The position numbers and the translations under genes are program-made. A DNA stretch of 64,000 nucleotides from Blastocatellia bacterium (GTDB lineage: Bacteria; Acidobacteriota; Blastocatellia; UBA7656), in contig CAVXWP010000001.1 of the NCBI GenBank assembly GCA_963765495.1, forward strand, positions 448,001-512,000, read 5' to 3'. The notes under the pieces were generated by a model. That model was not told where the DNA came from and did no database searches. It worked only from the letters and a program-made list of their open reading frames with translations. Of this stretch, positions 14,253 to 24,065 are shown in pieces. Numbering within the stretch: position 1 is the first letter of the stretch; every line of letters starts with the position of its first letter.

Positions 14253-15248
14253 ATGACTACCAATAGAGAGCCTTCTTCGGCGGAGGCTCTCCGATTTTTT
14301 TCAATCCCTCTACAGTGGCTGCGAGGCTCCGAACGCATTGGCGACCGAGTGTTCCGCTTTGTGACCATGGCGTTTGCGCTCCTGATTGCGGGGCTCACCG
14401 TCCTGATAATAATCGAGATGGCGCGCAATTCGACGCTTTCGTTTTCAAAGTTCGGACTGAGCTTTATCTGGCGCGAGATCTGGGATCCGGTGCGCGAAGA
14501 ATTCGGCGCGTTACCGTTTATTTACGGCTCGGCAGTGACTTCGATAATAGGGTTGCTGATCGCCGTCCCTGTAAGCATAGGCGTAGCGGTATTTCTGACC
14601 GAGCACGCGCCTCGCTCGCTTGCGACCCCGATCTCGTTCATAGTGCAGTTGCTTGCGGCCATACCGTCTGTGGTTTATGGACTTTGGGGCATATTCGTGC
14701 TGGCTCCGCTTTTGAGAGAACACATCTATCCGGCGCTTCAGTCGACGCTCGGTTTTCTGCCGATTTTTCAGGGAAACTTAAACGGGCTCGGGCTGATGAC
14801 GGCGGGGATAATCCTTTCGATCATGGTCGTGCCAATTATCACATCGGTCACAACCGACGTGCTTGGGGCCGTGTCGAGTTCGCAAAGAGAAGCCTCGCTC
14901 GCGCTGGGCGCTACCAGATGGGAGGCGACACTTGTCGTCTTGCAGAACGCGAAATCGGGAATCACAGGGGCGATTATACTCGGGCTTGGGCGCGCTGTCG
15001 GAGAGACTATGGCCGTAACGATGGTCATCGGCAATCGCCCTGAGATATCGGCTTCGCTTTTCGATCCCTCGTATACGATTGCCTCGGCCATCGCAAACGA
15101 ATTCACCGAGGCAACGACAGAGACGTATCGCCACGCGCTTGTCGAGCTTGGATTGATACTCTTTATCATCACCTTCATCATCAACGCGACTGCAAGGCTG
15201 CTGGTGTGGGGAGTGACCAGAGGCCAGGGGAGAGCGGCTCATGCGTAG
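14253..15248 (+). CDS. pstC: Phosphate ABC transporter permease PstC
   Basis: LAAIPSVVYGLWG, GRAVGETMAV; operon position. Confidence 0.96.
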   Translation: MTTNREPSSAEALRFFSIPLQWLRGSERIGDRVFRFVTMAFALLIAGLTVLIIIEMARNSTLSFSKFGLSFIWREIWDPVREEFGALPFIYGSAVTSIIGLLIAVPVSIGVAVFLTEHAPRSLATPISFIVQLLAAIPSVVYGLWGIFVLAPLLREHIYPALQSTLGFLPIFQGNLNGLGLMTAGIILSIMVVPIITSVTTDVLGAVSSSQREASLALGATRWEATLVVLQNAKSGITGAIILGLGRAVGETMAVTMVIGNRPEISASLFDPSYTIASAIANEFTEATTETYRHALVELGLILFIITFIINATARLLVWGVTRGQGRAAHA

Positions 15249-16080
15249 TCTCGGGCGTAGAAAGCTGTTGAGCCACACTATGACCGCGCTAATGACCGGG
15301 GCGGCGGTTATGGTGATCGGCGCGCTCGTGGTCATACTCGGCTATATCGCCGTGACAGGCGTGCGCGAGTTGACTATCGGGTTCCTCATCAATGAACCAA
15401 AGCCCGTGGGCGAGCCGGGCAGCGGGATAGCCAACGCCATAGTCGGCACTCTGATCCTGATCGGGATCGCTTCCGTAATCGGGTTGCCCGTAGGCATACT
15501 GGGCGGGCTTTATCTGGCGGAGTTCAGTTCGAATCGTTTCGGTCAGGTCCTGCGATTTTTGATAGACACGCTCACAGGGGTTCCATCCATAGTCGTCGGC
15601 GTATTCGCCTGGACTGTGATCGTCAGGCCGATGGGCCATTTTTCGGCGCTCGCGGGCGGAATGTCGCTTTCGATTTTGATGATGCCGATAGTGGCGCGCA
15701 CGACCGAAGAGATGATTCGGCTCGTGCCGCACAGTATGCGCGAAGGGGCGCTGGCGCTTGGCGCACCCGTCTGGCGGGTCAGTCTTGGCGTCGTCTTGCG
15801 CGCGGCAGCAGGCGGCGTGGCGACAGGTGCGATGCTTGCAATCGCTCGCATCGCGGGCGAGACCGCGCCTCTGCTCTTTACAGCGCTCAGCTACAATTAC
15901 ATGAGCACGAACATCTATCAGCCCATGGCCTCGCTCACCTATCAGATATACTATTACGCAGGGTCGCCTTACGAGCAGTGGCATTCGATGGCCTGGGCGG
16001 CGACCCTCGTGCTGGTCGGGATGATTCTGGCTATCAACATAGTGGTGAGAGTGCTTACGAGAAACCGTCATCATGCGTGA
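15241..16080 (+). CDS. pstA: Phosphate ABC transporter permease PstA
   Basis: GVPSIVVG, ARIAGETAPLLFT; overlaps the pstC stop. Confidence 0.96.
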   Translation: MRSLGRRKLLSHTMTALMTGAAVMVIGALVVILGYIAVTGVRELTIGFLINEPKPVGEPGSGIANAIVGTLILIGIASVIGLPVGILGGLYLAEFSSNRFGQVLRFLIDTLTGVPSIVVGVFAWTVIVRPMGHFSALAGGMSLSILMMPIVARTTEEMIRLVPHSMREGALALGAPVWRVSLGVVLRAAAGGVATGAMLAIARIAGETAPLLFTALSYNYMSTNIYQPMASLTYQIYYYAGSPYEQWHSMAWAATLVLVGMILAINIVVRVLTRNRHHA

Positions 16081-16173
16081 TCCGTGAAGATTGATGCGTG
16101 AGACTTGCCGTTAGCCTTAAACAGGCTATCCGACTGAAAGTCACGAATCACGAATCACGAATCGCGAATCACG
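16076..16173. repeat. Heptamer-unit palindromic element (CGTGA.../TCACGAA arrays) between pstA and pstB
   Basis: Degenerate CGTGAT left arm; TCACGAA x3 + TCGCGAA + TCACG right arm at 16141-16173. Confidence 0.7.
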
Positions 16174-16181
16174 GAATACTT

Positions 16182-17066
16182 ATGAATGAACAGCAAGAGC
16201 TGAAAAAGACGAGAGAAGATATGCAGAGCACCAAGGTAGTTCCAGACGTAGCCGCGCCGGTTCCAAGAACCGAAGTCCCGCCGCGCTCGGAGGCGGAAAA
16301 GAGACCGGCGGAAAAAAAGATCTGTGTCGAGAATCTGAATTTTTATTACGGGCGCACGCGGGCGCTCAGGGACATCTCGCTGACCATTCCTGAAAAACAG
16401 GTGACGGCCTTTATCGGCCCGTCGGGCTGCGGCAAATCTACGCTGCTGCGCACGCTCAATCGCATGAACGATGTCATACCGGGGACGCGCATCGAAGGCA
16501 AGATCACGCTCGACAGTCAGGATATTTATGGTTCCGCGACCGATGTCGTATCGCTTCGGCGCAAGGTCGGCATGGTCTTTCAAAAATCGAACCCGTTTCC
16601 CCGCTCGATATTTGATAACGTGGCATACGGGCTTAAAATCAATAAGATGACCGACTCGAAGGCAGAGATGGCCGAGCGGGTCGAGGCGAGCCTTCGCGGG
16701 GCGGCATTGTGGGACGAAGTAAAGAATCGTTTAAAAGAATCCGCCTTTGGGCTTTCGGGCGGCCAGCAGCAGCGCCTCTGCATAGCGCGGGCGCTTGCCG
16801 TCGAGCCGGATGTGCTTTTGATGGATGAGCCCTGTTCGGCGCTCGACCCTATCGCCACGCAGAAGATCGAAGAGTTGATCGTTGATCTCAAGACGAAATA
16901 CACGATAGTCATCGTGACGCACAACATGCAGCAGGCCGCCCGCGTGTCGGATTTGACGGCCTTCTTCTGGCTCGGAGAGATGATAGAATTCAATACGACC
17001 GAAAAGATGTTTACAAAGCCGGATAATAAGATGACGGAAGATTACATCACCGGCCGATTTGGATGA
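16182..17066 (+). CDS. pstB: Phosphate ABC transporter ATP-binding protein PstB
   Basis: [38 protein letters not shown]; the upstream ORF extension is repeat-derived. Confidence 0.97.
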   Translation: MNEQQELKKTREDMQSTKVVPDVAAPVPRTEVPPRSEAEKRPAEKKICVENLNFYYGRTRALRDISLTIPEKQVTAFIGPSGCGKSTLLRTLNRMNDVIPGTRIEGKITLDSQDIYGSATDVVSLRRKVGMVFQKSNPFPRSIFDNVAYGLKINKMTDSKAEMAERVEASLRGAALWDEVKNRLKESAFGLSGGQQQRLCIARALAVEPDVLLMDEPCSALDPIATQKIEELIVDLKTKYTIVIVTHNMQQAARVSDLTAFFWLGEMIEFNTTEKMFTKPDNKMTEDYITGRFG

Positions 17067-17075
17067 TTTTGGTGG

Positions 17076-17171
17076 GTGACAGGTGATGCGTGATGCGTAA
17101 TTGACCAGGCTTGCAATTTGTCTTTTACCGGCAGGCTCCCTACAGGTCACGTATCACGAATGACGCATCAC
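17076..17171. repeat. Heptamer-unit palindromic element between pstB and phoU
   Basis: GTGACAG-GTGATGC-GTGATGC-GTAA ... TCACGTA-TCACGAA-TGACGCA-TCAC. Confidence 0.65.
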
Positions 17172-17189
17172 TATTCAGGATTTAAACAA

Positions 17190-17849
17190 ATGCATAACCG
17201 ATTACTTGAACAGGACTTGAACCGGCTCAGAGACAGATTTCTCGTAATGGGCGGCGCAGCCGAGCGGGCTATTGCCGGGGCTACGCGCGCGCTCATTGAG
17301 CGCGACTCGGACCTTGCCGAGCGCATCATTCACGAAGACGACGCGATAGATCAGATGGAGCTTGAACTTGACTCGATATGTGTTGATATTCTCGTGCTCA
17401 AGCAACCCGCGGCATCCGATCTGCGCTTCGTGATTTCGGCTGCGCGCACCGCTCCGGTCGTCGAGCGCATGGCCGATCACGCTGTCAACATCGCCAAGCA
17501 CGCGCTTGAGCTAAACAACGAGCCGCAACTTGACATGCACATAGATGTGGAACGCATGGCTATTGTTGTGCAAGAGATGCTGATAGATGGGCTTGATGCA
17601 TTCACCTCGGGCGATCCGGAACGGGCGCGCATTACGATTGCCCGCGACGATGAGGTGGATTCGCTTTATGATCATCTTTACAGCCAGGTCATCGACGTAA
17701 TGATGCGCGATGCGAGTGCGGTCGCGCGAGGAGCGCAGTGGCTATTTGTGCTGAAACATCTTGAGCGCATAGCCGACTACGTGACGAATATATGCGAACA
17801 GATAGTCTATATGGCGAGAGGCCAGGTGATAAAACATACAGTATGGTAG
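17190..17849 (+). CDS. phoU: Phosphate signaling complex protein PhoU
   Basis: QPAASDLR, ERMADHAVNI, LERIADYVTNICE. Confidence 0.95.
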   Translation: MHNRLLEQDLNRLRDRFLVMGGAAERAIAGATRALIERDSDLAERIIHEDDAIDQMELELDSICVDILVLKQPAASDLRFVISAARTAPVVERMADHAVNIAKHALELNNEPQLDMHIDVERMAIVVQEMLIDGLDAFTSGDPERARITIARDDEVDSLYDHLYSQVIDVMMRDASAVARGAQWLFVLKHLERIADYVTNICEQIVYMARGQVIKHTVW

Positions 17850-18577
17850 CAAGCGGCGACGAATCACGCTTACGCAAGGTTGTAATCGTCGAGGACGACG
17901 AAGACATCGGAGACTCGATACGCTACAACCTTGAGCGGGAAGGCTTTCGAGTGAGGGTGGCAACGACGGGTGAAGATGCTTTGAATCTGATACTCGATTC
18001 GCCGCCCAACCTTATATTGCTCGATTTGAACCTGCCCCATATGAGCGGATTCGAGATGTGCCGCCGGCTGCGGGCTGAATCTACTACGGCGCGAGTGCCG
18101 ATCCTGATACTTACGGCGCGGACGGATGAATCGGATAAAGTGCTGGGATTGAATCTCGGAGCTGACGATTACATCACAAAGCCATTCAGCATGCGCGAGC
18201 TTGTGGCGCGTGTAAACGCCGTGTTGCGCCGCTCAGACGGAAGCGACATCGAGCGCCCAATCTATGACAACGGCGTGCTGATGATTGACCCGTCGACCTT
18301 CAACGTGCGCTGCGAAGGCAAGGATGTGCGTCTTACGCGAAAAGAGTTCGCGCTGCTTTCAGAGCTTGCGCGCAATCAGGGCCGGGTGATGACGCGCGAA
18401 GTCCTGCTCGACCGTGTGTGGGGACTCACCTATTACGGCGATTCGCGCACGCTCGACGTGCACATAAGACGGCTGCGGCAAAAGCTCGGCAATCCCTCGC
18501 TGATAGAGACGGTCACGGGCGTAGGTTATCGTCTGCACGACCCTCGGAAACAGACCGCGTCCGATGCATTTGAATAG
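17843..18577 (+). CDS. phoB: OmpR-family response regulator, PhoB-like
   Basis: Receiver (EDD, LLDLNLP, KPF) plus winged helix (RTLDVHIRRLR, TGVGYR); in pst operon. Confidence 0.88.
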   Translation: MVASGDESRLRKVVIVEDDEDIGDSIRYNLEREGFRVRVATTGEDALNLILDSPPNLILLDLNLPHMSGFEMCRRLRAESTTARVPILILTARTDESDKVLGLNLGADDYITKPFSMRELVARVNAVLRRSDGSDIERPIYDNGVLMIDPSTFNVRCEGKDVRLTRKEFALLSELARNQGRVMTREVLLDRVWGLTYYGDSRTLDVHIRRLRQKLGNPSLIETVTGVGYRLHDPRKQTASDAFE

Positions 18578-18616
18578 CTGGTTTCCTTCAGTCCGAGCCT
18601 TTATTTTGAGTGATAG

Positions 18617-20035
18617 ATGAAAGACCTTGCGCGACGAGTCCGAATGGTGACGGCGGCGGCGGTGGGAAGTTTTGCCCTCTACGAGCTGGTAAAGACGCTG
18701 CTTTATCCGGGCATGTCAGTCGTCGCTTCCCACATAATAACGGTATTTGTCGTAGGGACTATAACGTTCTTTGTCTCGCGGTATGCGCTGACCCGCTACA
18801 GCGCGGCGCTAAAGGAAATCGAGCGACAGACTGAAATGACGGAGGAGACCAATCGTTTGCTATCGGCTGTGCTTGCCACTATGCGCGAGGGGGTGGTGAT
18901 CGTAAATTCGCAGATGCATGTCGTGCTCTATAACAACGCGGCTGCGCGAATAGTGAAACTTCCTGACCCGACTGCCGACCCGGCTACGATCAGGGAGGAT
19001 GATAAAACAAATGGTCGGGCGGGGAACGGTCGAGCGGGAAACGGACGAGCCGACAACGGCGACGCCACGCCTCTTCCATCGGTGCCGGGGTTCTTCAATT
19101 CGCATCTGGATGCGACACAACATTACAGACTGGTGGATGCCACACGCGATCCCGCGATAAACGACGCTTTTCGCCGCTCTCTGGAAGAGCGAAAACAGGT
19201 TGAGACCAGAATAGAGATGACAGGGATAGAGTCTCGCTCGTTTCAACTCAATGTCGCGCCGCTTGGACGCGAGCTTGCCGTAGGCGTCTTTTTCGACATA
19301 ACGCAACTGGAACGGCTCGAACGCGTACGTCGAGAATTTTTTGCCAACCTCTCGCACGAACTGCGCACGCCGCTTACGGCCATACTCGCATACGCCGAGA
19401 CGCTTTTGACCGGGGCGATAGATGACCCGGAAAACAACTCCCGGTTTGTCAAAAAGCTGTACAAACACGCGGCGCGGATGAGCGAGTTGATTTCGGATAT
19501 ATCGGATTTATCGGCCATCGAATCGGGGCAGGTGAAGCTTTCGCTCGGACCCGTCCGATTGCGCAGCGTCGTAACGGATGTCATTGCGCTTGCCGAGGCT
19601 CGCCGAGGCGATTGCGATGCCAGGTTTGAGGTAGATGTTCCCGATGATTTACTGGTGGAAGCCGACCGCACACGAACAGAGCAGATACTTTATAACCTTA
19701 TAGACAACGCGGTGAAGTTCAACCGTCCGGGCGGAACGGTCAGAGTTGAAGCGAAGGCGGGCGCGGGATTTGCCGTTATACACATCACAGACACAGGCGT
19801 GGGGATAGCCGCCGCCGACCTGCCGCGCGTCTTCGAGCGATTGTATCGCGCGGATAAATCGCGCTCGCGCAAGATCGAAGGGACGGGGCTGGGACTGGCT
19901 ATCGTAAAGCACCTTGTGCAGGCGCACGGCGGCGAGGTCTTTGCAACGAGCGAGGTGGGACGCGGCTCTCAGTTCGGTTTCACATTGCCATTGCCTGTCG
20001 CGCCGGAATTGACCTCCACGCAGTCTCATCTCTAA
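18617..20035 (+). CDS. phoR: Sensor histidine kinase, PhoR-like
   Basis: Two N-terminal TM segments, PAS-like region, ANLSHELRTPL, NLIDNAVKF, DTGVGI, GTGLGL. Confidence 0.9.
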   Translation: MKDLARRVRMVTAAAVGSFALYELVKTLLYPGMSVVASHIITVFVVGTITFFVSRYALTRYSAALKEIERQTEMTEETNRLLSAVLATMREGVVIVNSQMHVVLYNNAAARIVKLPDPTADPATIREDDKTNGRAGNGRAGNGRADNGDATPLPSVPGFFNSHLDATQHYRLVDATRDPAINDAFRRSLEERKQVETRIEMTGIESRSFQLNVAPLGRELAVGVFFDITQLERLERVRREFFANLSHELRTPLTAILAYAETLLTGAIDDPENNSRFVKKLYKHAARMSELISDISDLSAIESGQVKLSLGPVRLRSVVTDVIALAEARRGDCDARFEVDVPDDLLVEADRTRTEQILYNLIDNAVKFNRPGGTVRVEAKAGAGFAVIHITDTGVGIAAADLPRVFERLYRADKSRSRKIEGTGLGLAIVKHLVQAHGGEVFATSEVGRGSQFGFTLPLPVAPELTSTQSHL

Positions 20036-20096
20036 ACCCTCCAGTGTTTTTGCGAATTTCAGGGCCATTTATAGCGGTCTTCACATGAAGGTAGCC

Positions 20097-20209
20097 TGTA
20101 GGGGCAGCCCGAATGAGTACATTTATTGTGGCTGCCCGAATCCGTCGTAAGCGCGATGACAGTCATCGCCCTTCGGGCGATTCGGGCAGGGACAAGCCCT
20201 GCCCCTACA
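20097..20209. repeat. GTAG-type REP doublet / REPIN-like element, copy 2
   Basis: Near-identical to 4045-4155; ends TGTAGGGGC...GCCCCTACA. Confidence 0.85.
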
Positions 20210-20279
20210 TTTATGCGGAAATTTGTATAAATGGCTCTGGGCAAAATCTTTCTTTGCGGGCAGTCTCTCGGTTTTCGCC

Positions 20280-20307
20280 TTGACATCACCTGTCAAAAGA
20301 ATAACCT
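20280..20307 (+). promoter_or_regulatory. Candidate sigma70 promoter for the kinase gene, with a palindrome over -35
   Basis: TTGACA-16 nt-TAACCT; TTGACA-N5-TGTCAA inverted repeat. Confidence 0.4.
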
Positions 20308-20342
20308 TGCTTGAAAGGATTTTTTCTTAATGGCAGCCGATT

Positions 20343-22364
20343 ATGAGCAAGACACTTTCACACTATAATCTGGAAGAAGAGTTGGGTCGCGGCGGGATGG
20401 GGCGCGTCTATAAAGCCTATGACACGACGCTCAACCGCATGGTGGTTCTCAAACTTCTTGCGCCCGATCTTCTGACCGATGCGGACTCGCGCAAGCGGTT
20501 TCTCAGAGAGGCGCGTCTCGCCTCGGCGCTTGATCATCCGAACATCTGCACTATATACGAGATCGCCGAAGCCGATAATCAGTACTTCATAACCATGCAG
20601 TACGTGCCGGGCAAGACGCTCAAGAAAGTGATAGGCACAAAGCCGCTTCCGCTCGACAGCCTGCTATCGATCTCGCTGCAAGTGGCCGACGGGCTGGCCG
20701 CGGCCCACGCAAAAGGAATAGTTCACCGCGATATAAAATCGAGCAATATCATAATTACCCCTCGAGGTCAGGCCAAAGTGCTCGATTTCGGTCTGGCCAA
20801 GCTGCTTTCCGATAAAGGGCGAGCGGCGGAAGCAAGAGAGCAGGTGGAGGAGTTGACAAGGCTTGGCGCGCCGCTCGGCACGCCTTCATACATGTCGCCC
20901 GAACAGGCGCGCGGCGACAGGTCGGATCATCGCAGCGACATCTATTCGCTCGGCGTGGTGATATACGAGATGGCGGGCGGGCGACTGCCTTTCAAAAGAG
21001 AATCCAATGTCGAAACCATGCACGCCGTTATGCACGAAGCCTACAAGCCGCTTCTCGAGATCAACGACAAACTGCCGCCGGACCTGGCCAGGATCGTAGA
21101 CCACGCGATGGCCAAAAAGCCCGGCGACCGCTATCAGGCAATGCAGAAGATGCTCGGAGACCTGCAGGACGTGAATCGCGCGGTACGGCTTGGGGCCAGT
21201 GGAGTGCCTGACGGAATAACGGTTCCCTTCGTTTCTCCGAAGCGGCAGACTTTTTTCGGCTCGCTTAAACAGTTCATCGGTCGCCTCTTTTCCGGCAAGC
21301 CTGCGACAGAAATGAGCCCCTCGCAGATGCCGTCTCCCAGGCGACCGTCGAGCGCCGCGCAGGAATTCTCTATAGTCAGCGGCACGCAAAAAGCGCTGGC
21401 CGTGCTGCCTTTTCGCAATCTGAGTGGCGACCCGCAGGCCGATTTTTACGGGCTTACGCTGGCCGATGGCCTTATCACTGAGCTTGCAAGAGCGAGGGCC
21501 GTCACCGTCATGCCTTTGAGTTACGTTACAAAATATCAGAACCAGTCCATTGATCCCGCGCAGGTGCGTACGGAGATGAACGTGGATGTGATTCTGATGG
21601 GAAATTTCCTGAAGGCGGGCGAACGACTTCGCGTGACCGCTCAACTGATAGATGCATCGGGCGGCGGTATCATCTGGAGCGAAAAGATAGACGCCGACGC
21701 CGAAGATGTGCTCGCGATTCAAGATCGCATATCACAGCAGATTATGAAGGGTCTGTCTGGCGGGCAGGTAGCCGTAGACCCAACCATTTTGCTTAAGGAC
21801 GAGAATGAAGAAGTCCGTCTGGATGCGATTCGCACGCTGAAGTTTTCGCACGACCCGCGCGCGCTTTCCGTCCTTGTCGAAGCTCTCAGGGACGCGAGCC
21901 TGAAGGTCAAAGCCGAAGCCGTACAGGCCATAGTCAAACTGGGAGAGCAGGCAACAGGCCCCGTCATCGGCATGCTCAACGATTCCATGGATGAAGGCGA
22001 TTATCTGACCGCGCGTTTTGCCGCCAAGGCGCTCGGCCTTATCGGCGATAAAAGCATATCGGCGGTGCTCGTTGAATTGCTCAGGGGAGATGATAAATTT
22101 GTGGCCTGCGAGGCAGCGCTCGCGCTCGGAAGACTTGAAGAGACTAAAGCGGTTTCCGATCTGATCGAGTTGTTGGATGACGAAAATGGGAATATGCGTT
22201 TTGCGGCGGCCGAAGCCCTGGGCCAGATATGCGACCCGGCTGCGCGCAGTGCGCTGCAAAAGCGACTGGGCGACGAAGACGAGGGCGTTCGGGCCAAAGC
22301 TCGATGGGCACTGAGCCGGTTGAAAAAAGCCAGGGTTCAGGCCCTCGCCGGGTCCGCCCTTTAA
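20343..22364 (+). CDS. Hanks-type Ser/Thr protein kinase with TolB-N-like domain and C-terminal HEAT repeats
   Basis: GRGGMG, HRDIKSSN, DFG, YMSPEQ; LAVLPFRNL domain; repeats such as 'L.DE.E.VR..A..AL'. Confidence 0.92.
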   Translation: MSKTLSHYNLEEELGRGGMGRVYKAYDTTLNRMVVLKLLAPDLLTDADSRKRFLREARLASALDHPNICTIYEIAEADNQYFITMQYVPGKTLKKVIGTKPLPLDSLLSISLQVADGLAAAHAKGIVHRDIKSSNIIITPRGQAKVLDFGLAKLLSDKGRAAEAREQVEELTRLGAPLGTPSYMSPEQARGDRSDHRSDIYSLGVVIYEMAGGRLPFKRESNVETMHAVMHEAYKPLLEINDKLPPDLARIVDHAMAKKPGDRYQAMQKMLGDLQDVNRAVRLGASGVPDGITVPFVSPKRQTFFGSLKQFIGRLFSGKPATEMSPSQMPSPRRPSSAAQEFSIVSGTQKALAVLPFRNLSGDPQADFYGLTLADGLITELARARAVTVMPLSYVTKYQNQSIDPAQVRTEMNVDVILMGNFLKAGERLRVTAQLIDASGGGIIWSEKIDADAEDVLAIQDRISQQIMKGLSGGQVAVDPTILLKDENEEVRLDAIRTLKFSHDPRALSVLVEALRDASLKVKAEAVQAIVKLGEQATGPVIGMLNDSMDEGDYLTARFAAKALGLIGDKSISAVLVELLRGDDKFVACEAALALGRLEETKAVSDLIELLDDENGNMRFAAAEALGQICDPAARSALQKRLGDEDEGVRAKARWALSRLKKARVQALAGSAL

Positions 22365-22409
22365 CCTGAAACCATTAAGCATTCCAGGCCGAAGCAGGAG
22401 AGAGTCAGG

Positions 22410-23375
22410 ATGCCGGATCTAAAAAAGCTATATGTTGGGCTGGATGTTGGGCGCACCATCCGAGGGGCGCTTGTCGATGAAGAGGGTCACATACTAAAAC
22501 GATGTCAAATAGTAACCGAGGTGAGCAACCCGCAGGTTTTTATTGATCAGCTTGTAGATGTTATCAACGGGCTGCGCGCCTCTGTAGAAACCGAAGGCAA
22601 GGTCTCTGCCGTGGGCATAGGATGGGCGGGCATGGTGAACCAGAAAGCTCAACGAGTCGAGGTTATGCCGAACCTTGTGGATATGTCGTCTTTTGCTCTA
22701 CACGAGGAACTAGAAAAGGCCACAAAACTGCCTGTCGTATTCGATAATGATGCCAACGTAGCTGCCTACGGCGAATGGCGATGTGGCGCGGCCCGAGGGT
22801 CGAGCGATGTCTTTTATGTCACTATGGGCACAGGCATAGGCGCGGCCTTGATTCTGGGGGGGCAACTCCAGAGAGGCACGCGCGGTTTTGCGGGCGAATT
22901 CGGACACTTCAAAATAGAGATGGATGGATTGGAATGCGCCTGCGGCTCAACGGGCTGTCTTGAGACGCTGGCCTCCGGCCCCAACATCGTACGGAGGGTG
23001 CGGGAACAGCTCTTCAGCGATCCTTCATATTCGATCTCGCATCTTGCTAAAGACATGGAAGGCACGCTGGTATGCGAACGGGTTTTTCAGGCCGCGAGCG
23101 AAGAAGATGAACTTGCGCGGTTAGTCCTCGAAGAGACCGGAAAGATACTGGGCACCGCTATAGCGAGCGTGATCAATCTGTTGAATGTGGAAGCAGTGGT
23201 TCTGGGCGGCGGCGTGATGGCCGAGGGAAAGTTGTTGCTTGAGCCTGTCAGAGAAGAGACTAAGAAACGTACCATGGCCCCCGCCTTTGAAAGCTGTCGT
23301 ATAATTGCTGCCGAACTGGGACAGGACGCGGGAATAATCGGCGCTGCGCTGCTGGCTTGTGATCTGCTGCAATGA
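22410..23375 (+). CDS. ROK-family sugar kinase (glucokinase-like)
   Basis: GLDVG, NDANVAAYGE, GTGIG, GEFGH, CACGSTGCLE. Confidence 0.92.
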   Translation: MPDLKKLYVGLDVGRTIRGALVDEEGHILKRCQIVTEVSNPQVFIDQLVDVINGLRASVETEGKVSAVGIGWAGMVNQKAQRVEVMPNLVDMSSFALHEELEKATKLPVVFDNDANVAAYGEWRCGAARGSSDVFYVTMGTGIGAALILGGQLQRGTRGFAGEFGHFKIEMDGLECACGSTGCLETLASGPNIVRRVREQLFSDPSYSISHLAKDMEGTLVCERVFQAASEEDELARLVLEETGKILGTAIASVINLLNVEAVVLGGGVMAEGKLLLEPVREETKKRTMAPAFESCRIIAAELGQDAGIIGAALLACDLLQ

Positions 23376-23497
23376 TGCGCGATCCGTGATCCGTGACCGG
23401 AGAATCGGGTTTTTGGCAGGATTTACAAGATTTACAATACTTGGGACATAGAGTTAAAGAATCCCGTTAATCCGGTTAAAGATTTTTTCACGGATCA
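23373..23497. repeat. Nested repeat: CGTGATC heptamer arms enclosing a degenerate family B element
   Basis: GATCCGTGATCCGTGA ... TCACGGATCA around GGCAGGATTTACAAGATTTACAA...AATCCCGTTAATCCGGTT (about 23415-23478). Confidence 0.6.
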
Positions 23498-23512
23498 ACT
23501 TCATTCGTTGTT

Positions 23513-23941
23513 TTATTCTTTTCGCCTTATCTCCCTCAGACTGGCCTTATATTGATTGAAGGCGAACAGGTATTTATAAGTCCAGCTAAAGGCAATTTCG
23601 ACGGCGCGACGTGCTGTCTGGTTGGCCGCTATTATTCCTGCCGGCCCTTGCCGGAGAGCAGTCAGGATCGATCCCATTATTGATTGATAGCGTTTGTTGC
23701 TGCTCTCTTTTGCCACCTTCTCAATCAATTGCAAATCCGACTCGTTAAGTTCGCCTCCAATTGGCGAGCCGGTTACATCGCTTACAACCTGCATCCTTCC
23801 CGCCATTACATTTATCTGGTTGACAGGCAATTTTTCAATGAATTTACGGATTTCGGTTTCAGGGACCAGATAACCCTCGGAATAAGTAACAAATTCGGAT
23901 TTTGTTTTTGTGCCAGTATCCCTTTTTTCTGGTATACTCAT
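23513..23941 (-). CDS. Hypothetical protein, 142 aa (orphan of the AT-richer cassette)
   Basis: ATG 23941 preceded by GGAG; no recognisable family. Confidence 0.6.
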   Translation of the reverse strand: MSIPEKRDTGTKTKSEFVTYSEGYLVPETEIRKFIEKLPVNQINVMAGRMQVVSDVTGSPIGGELNESDLQLIEKVAKESSNKRYQSIMGSILTALRQGPAGIIAANQTARRAVEIAFSWTYKYLFAFNQYKASLREIRRKE

Positions 23942-24065
23942 AGCCGTTCTCCGGTATGCAAGCGTGTTTTTGGACAAACCAATCCCTTTACACGGCTGTG
24001 TGCAGTTGAGCCCGGGTGGGTCATCGGGCAACGATGGCCCACCTCAAGATATAGGTTTTGAAGGT

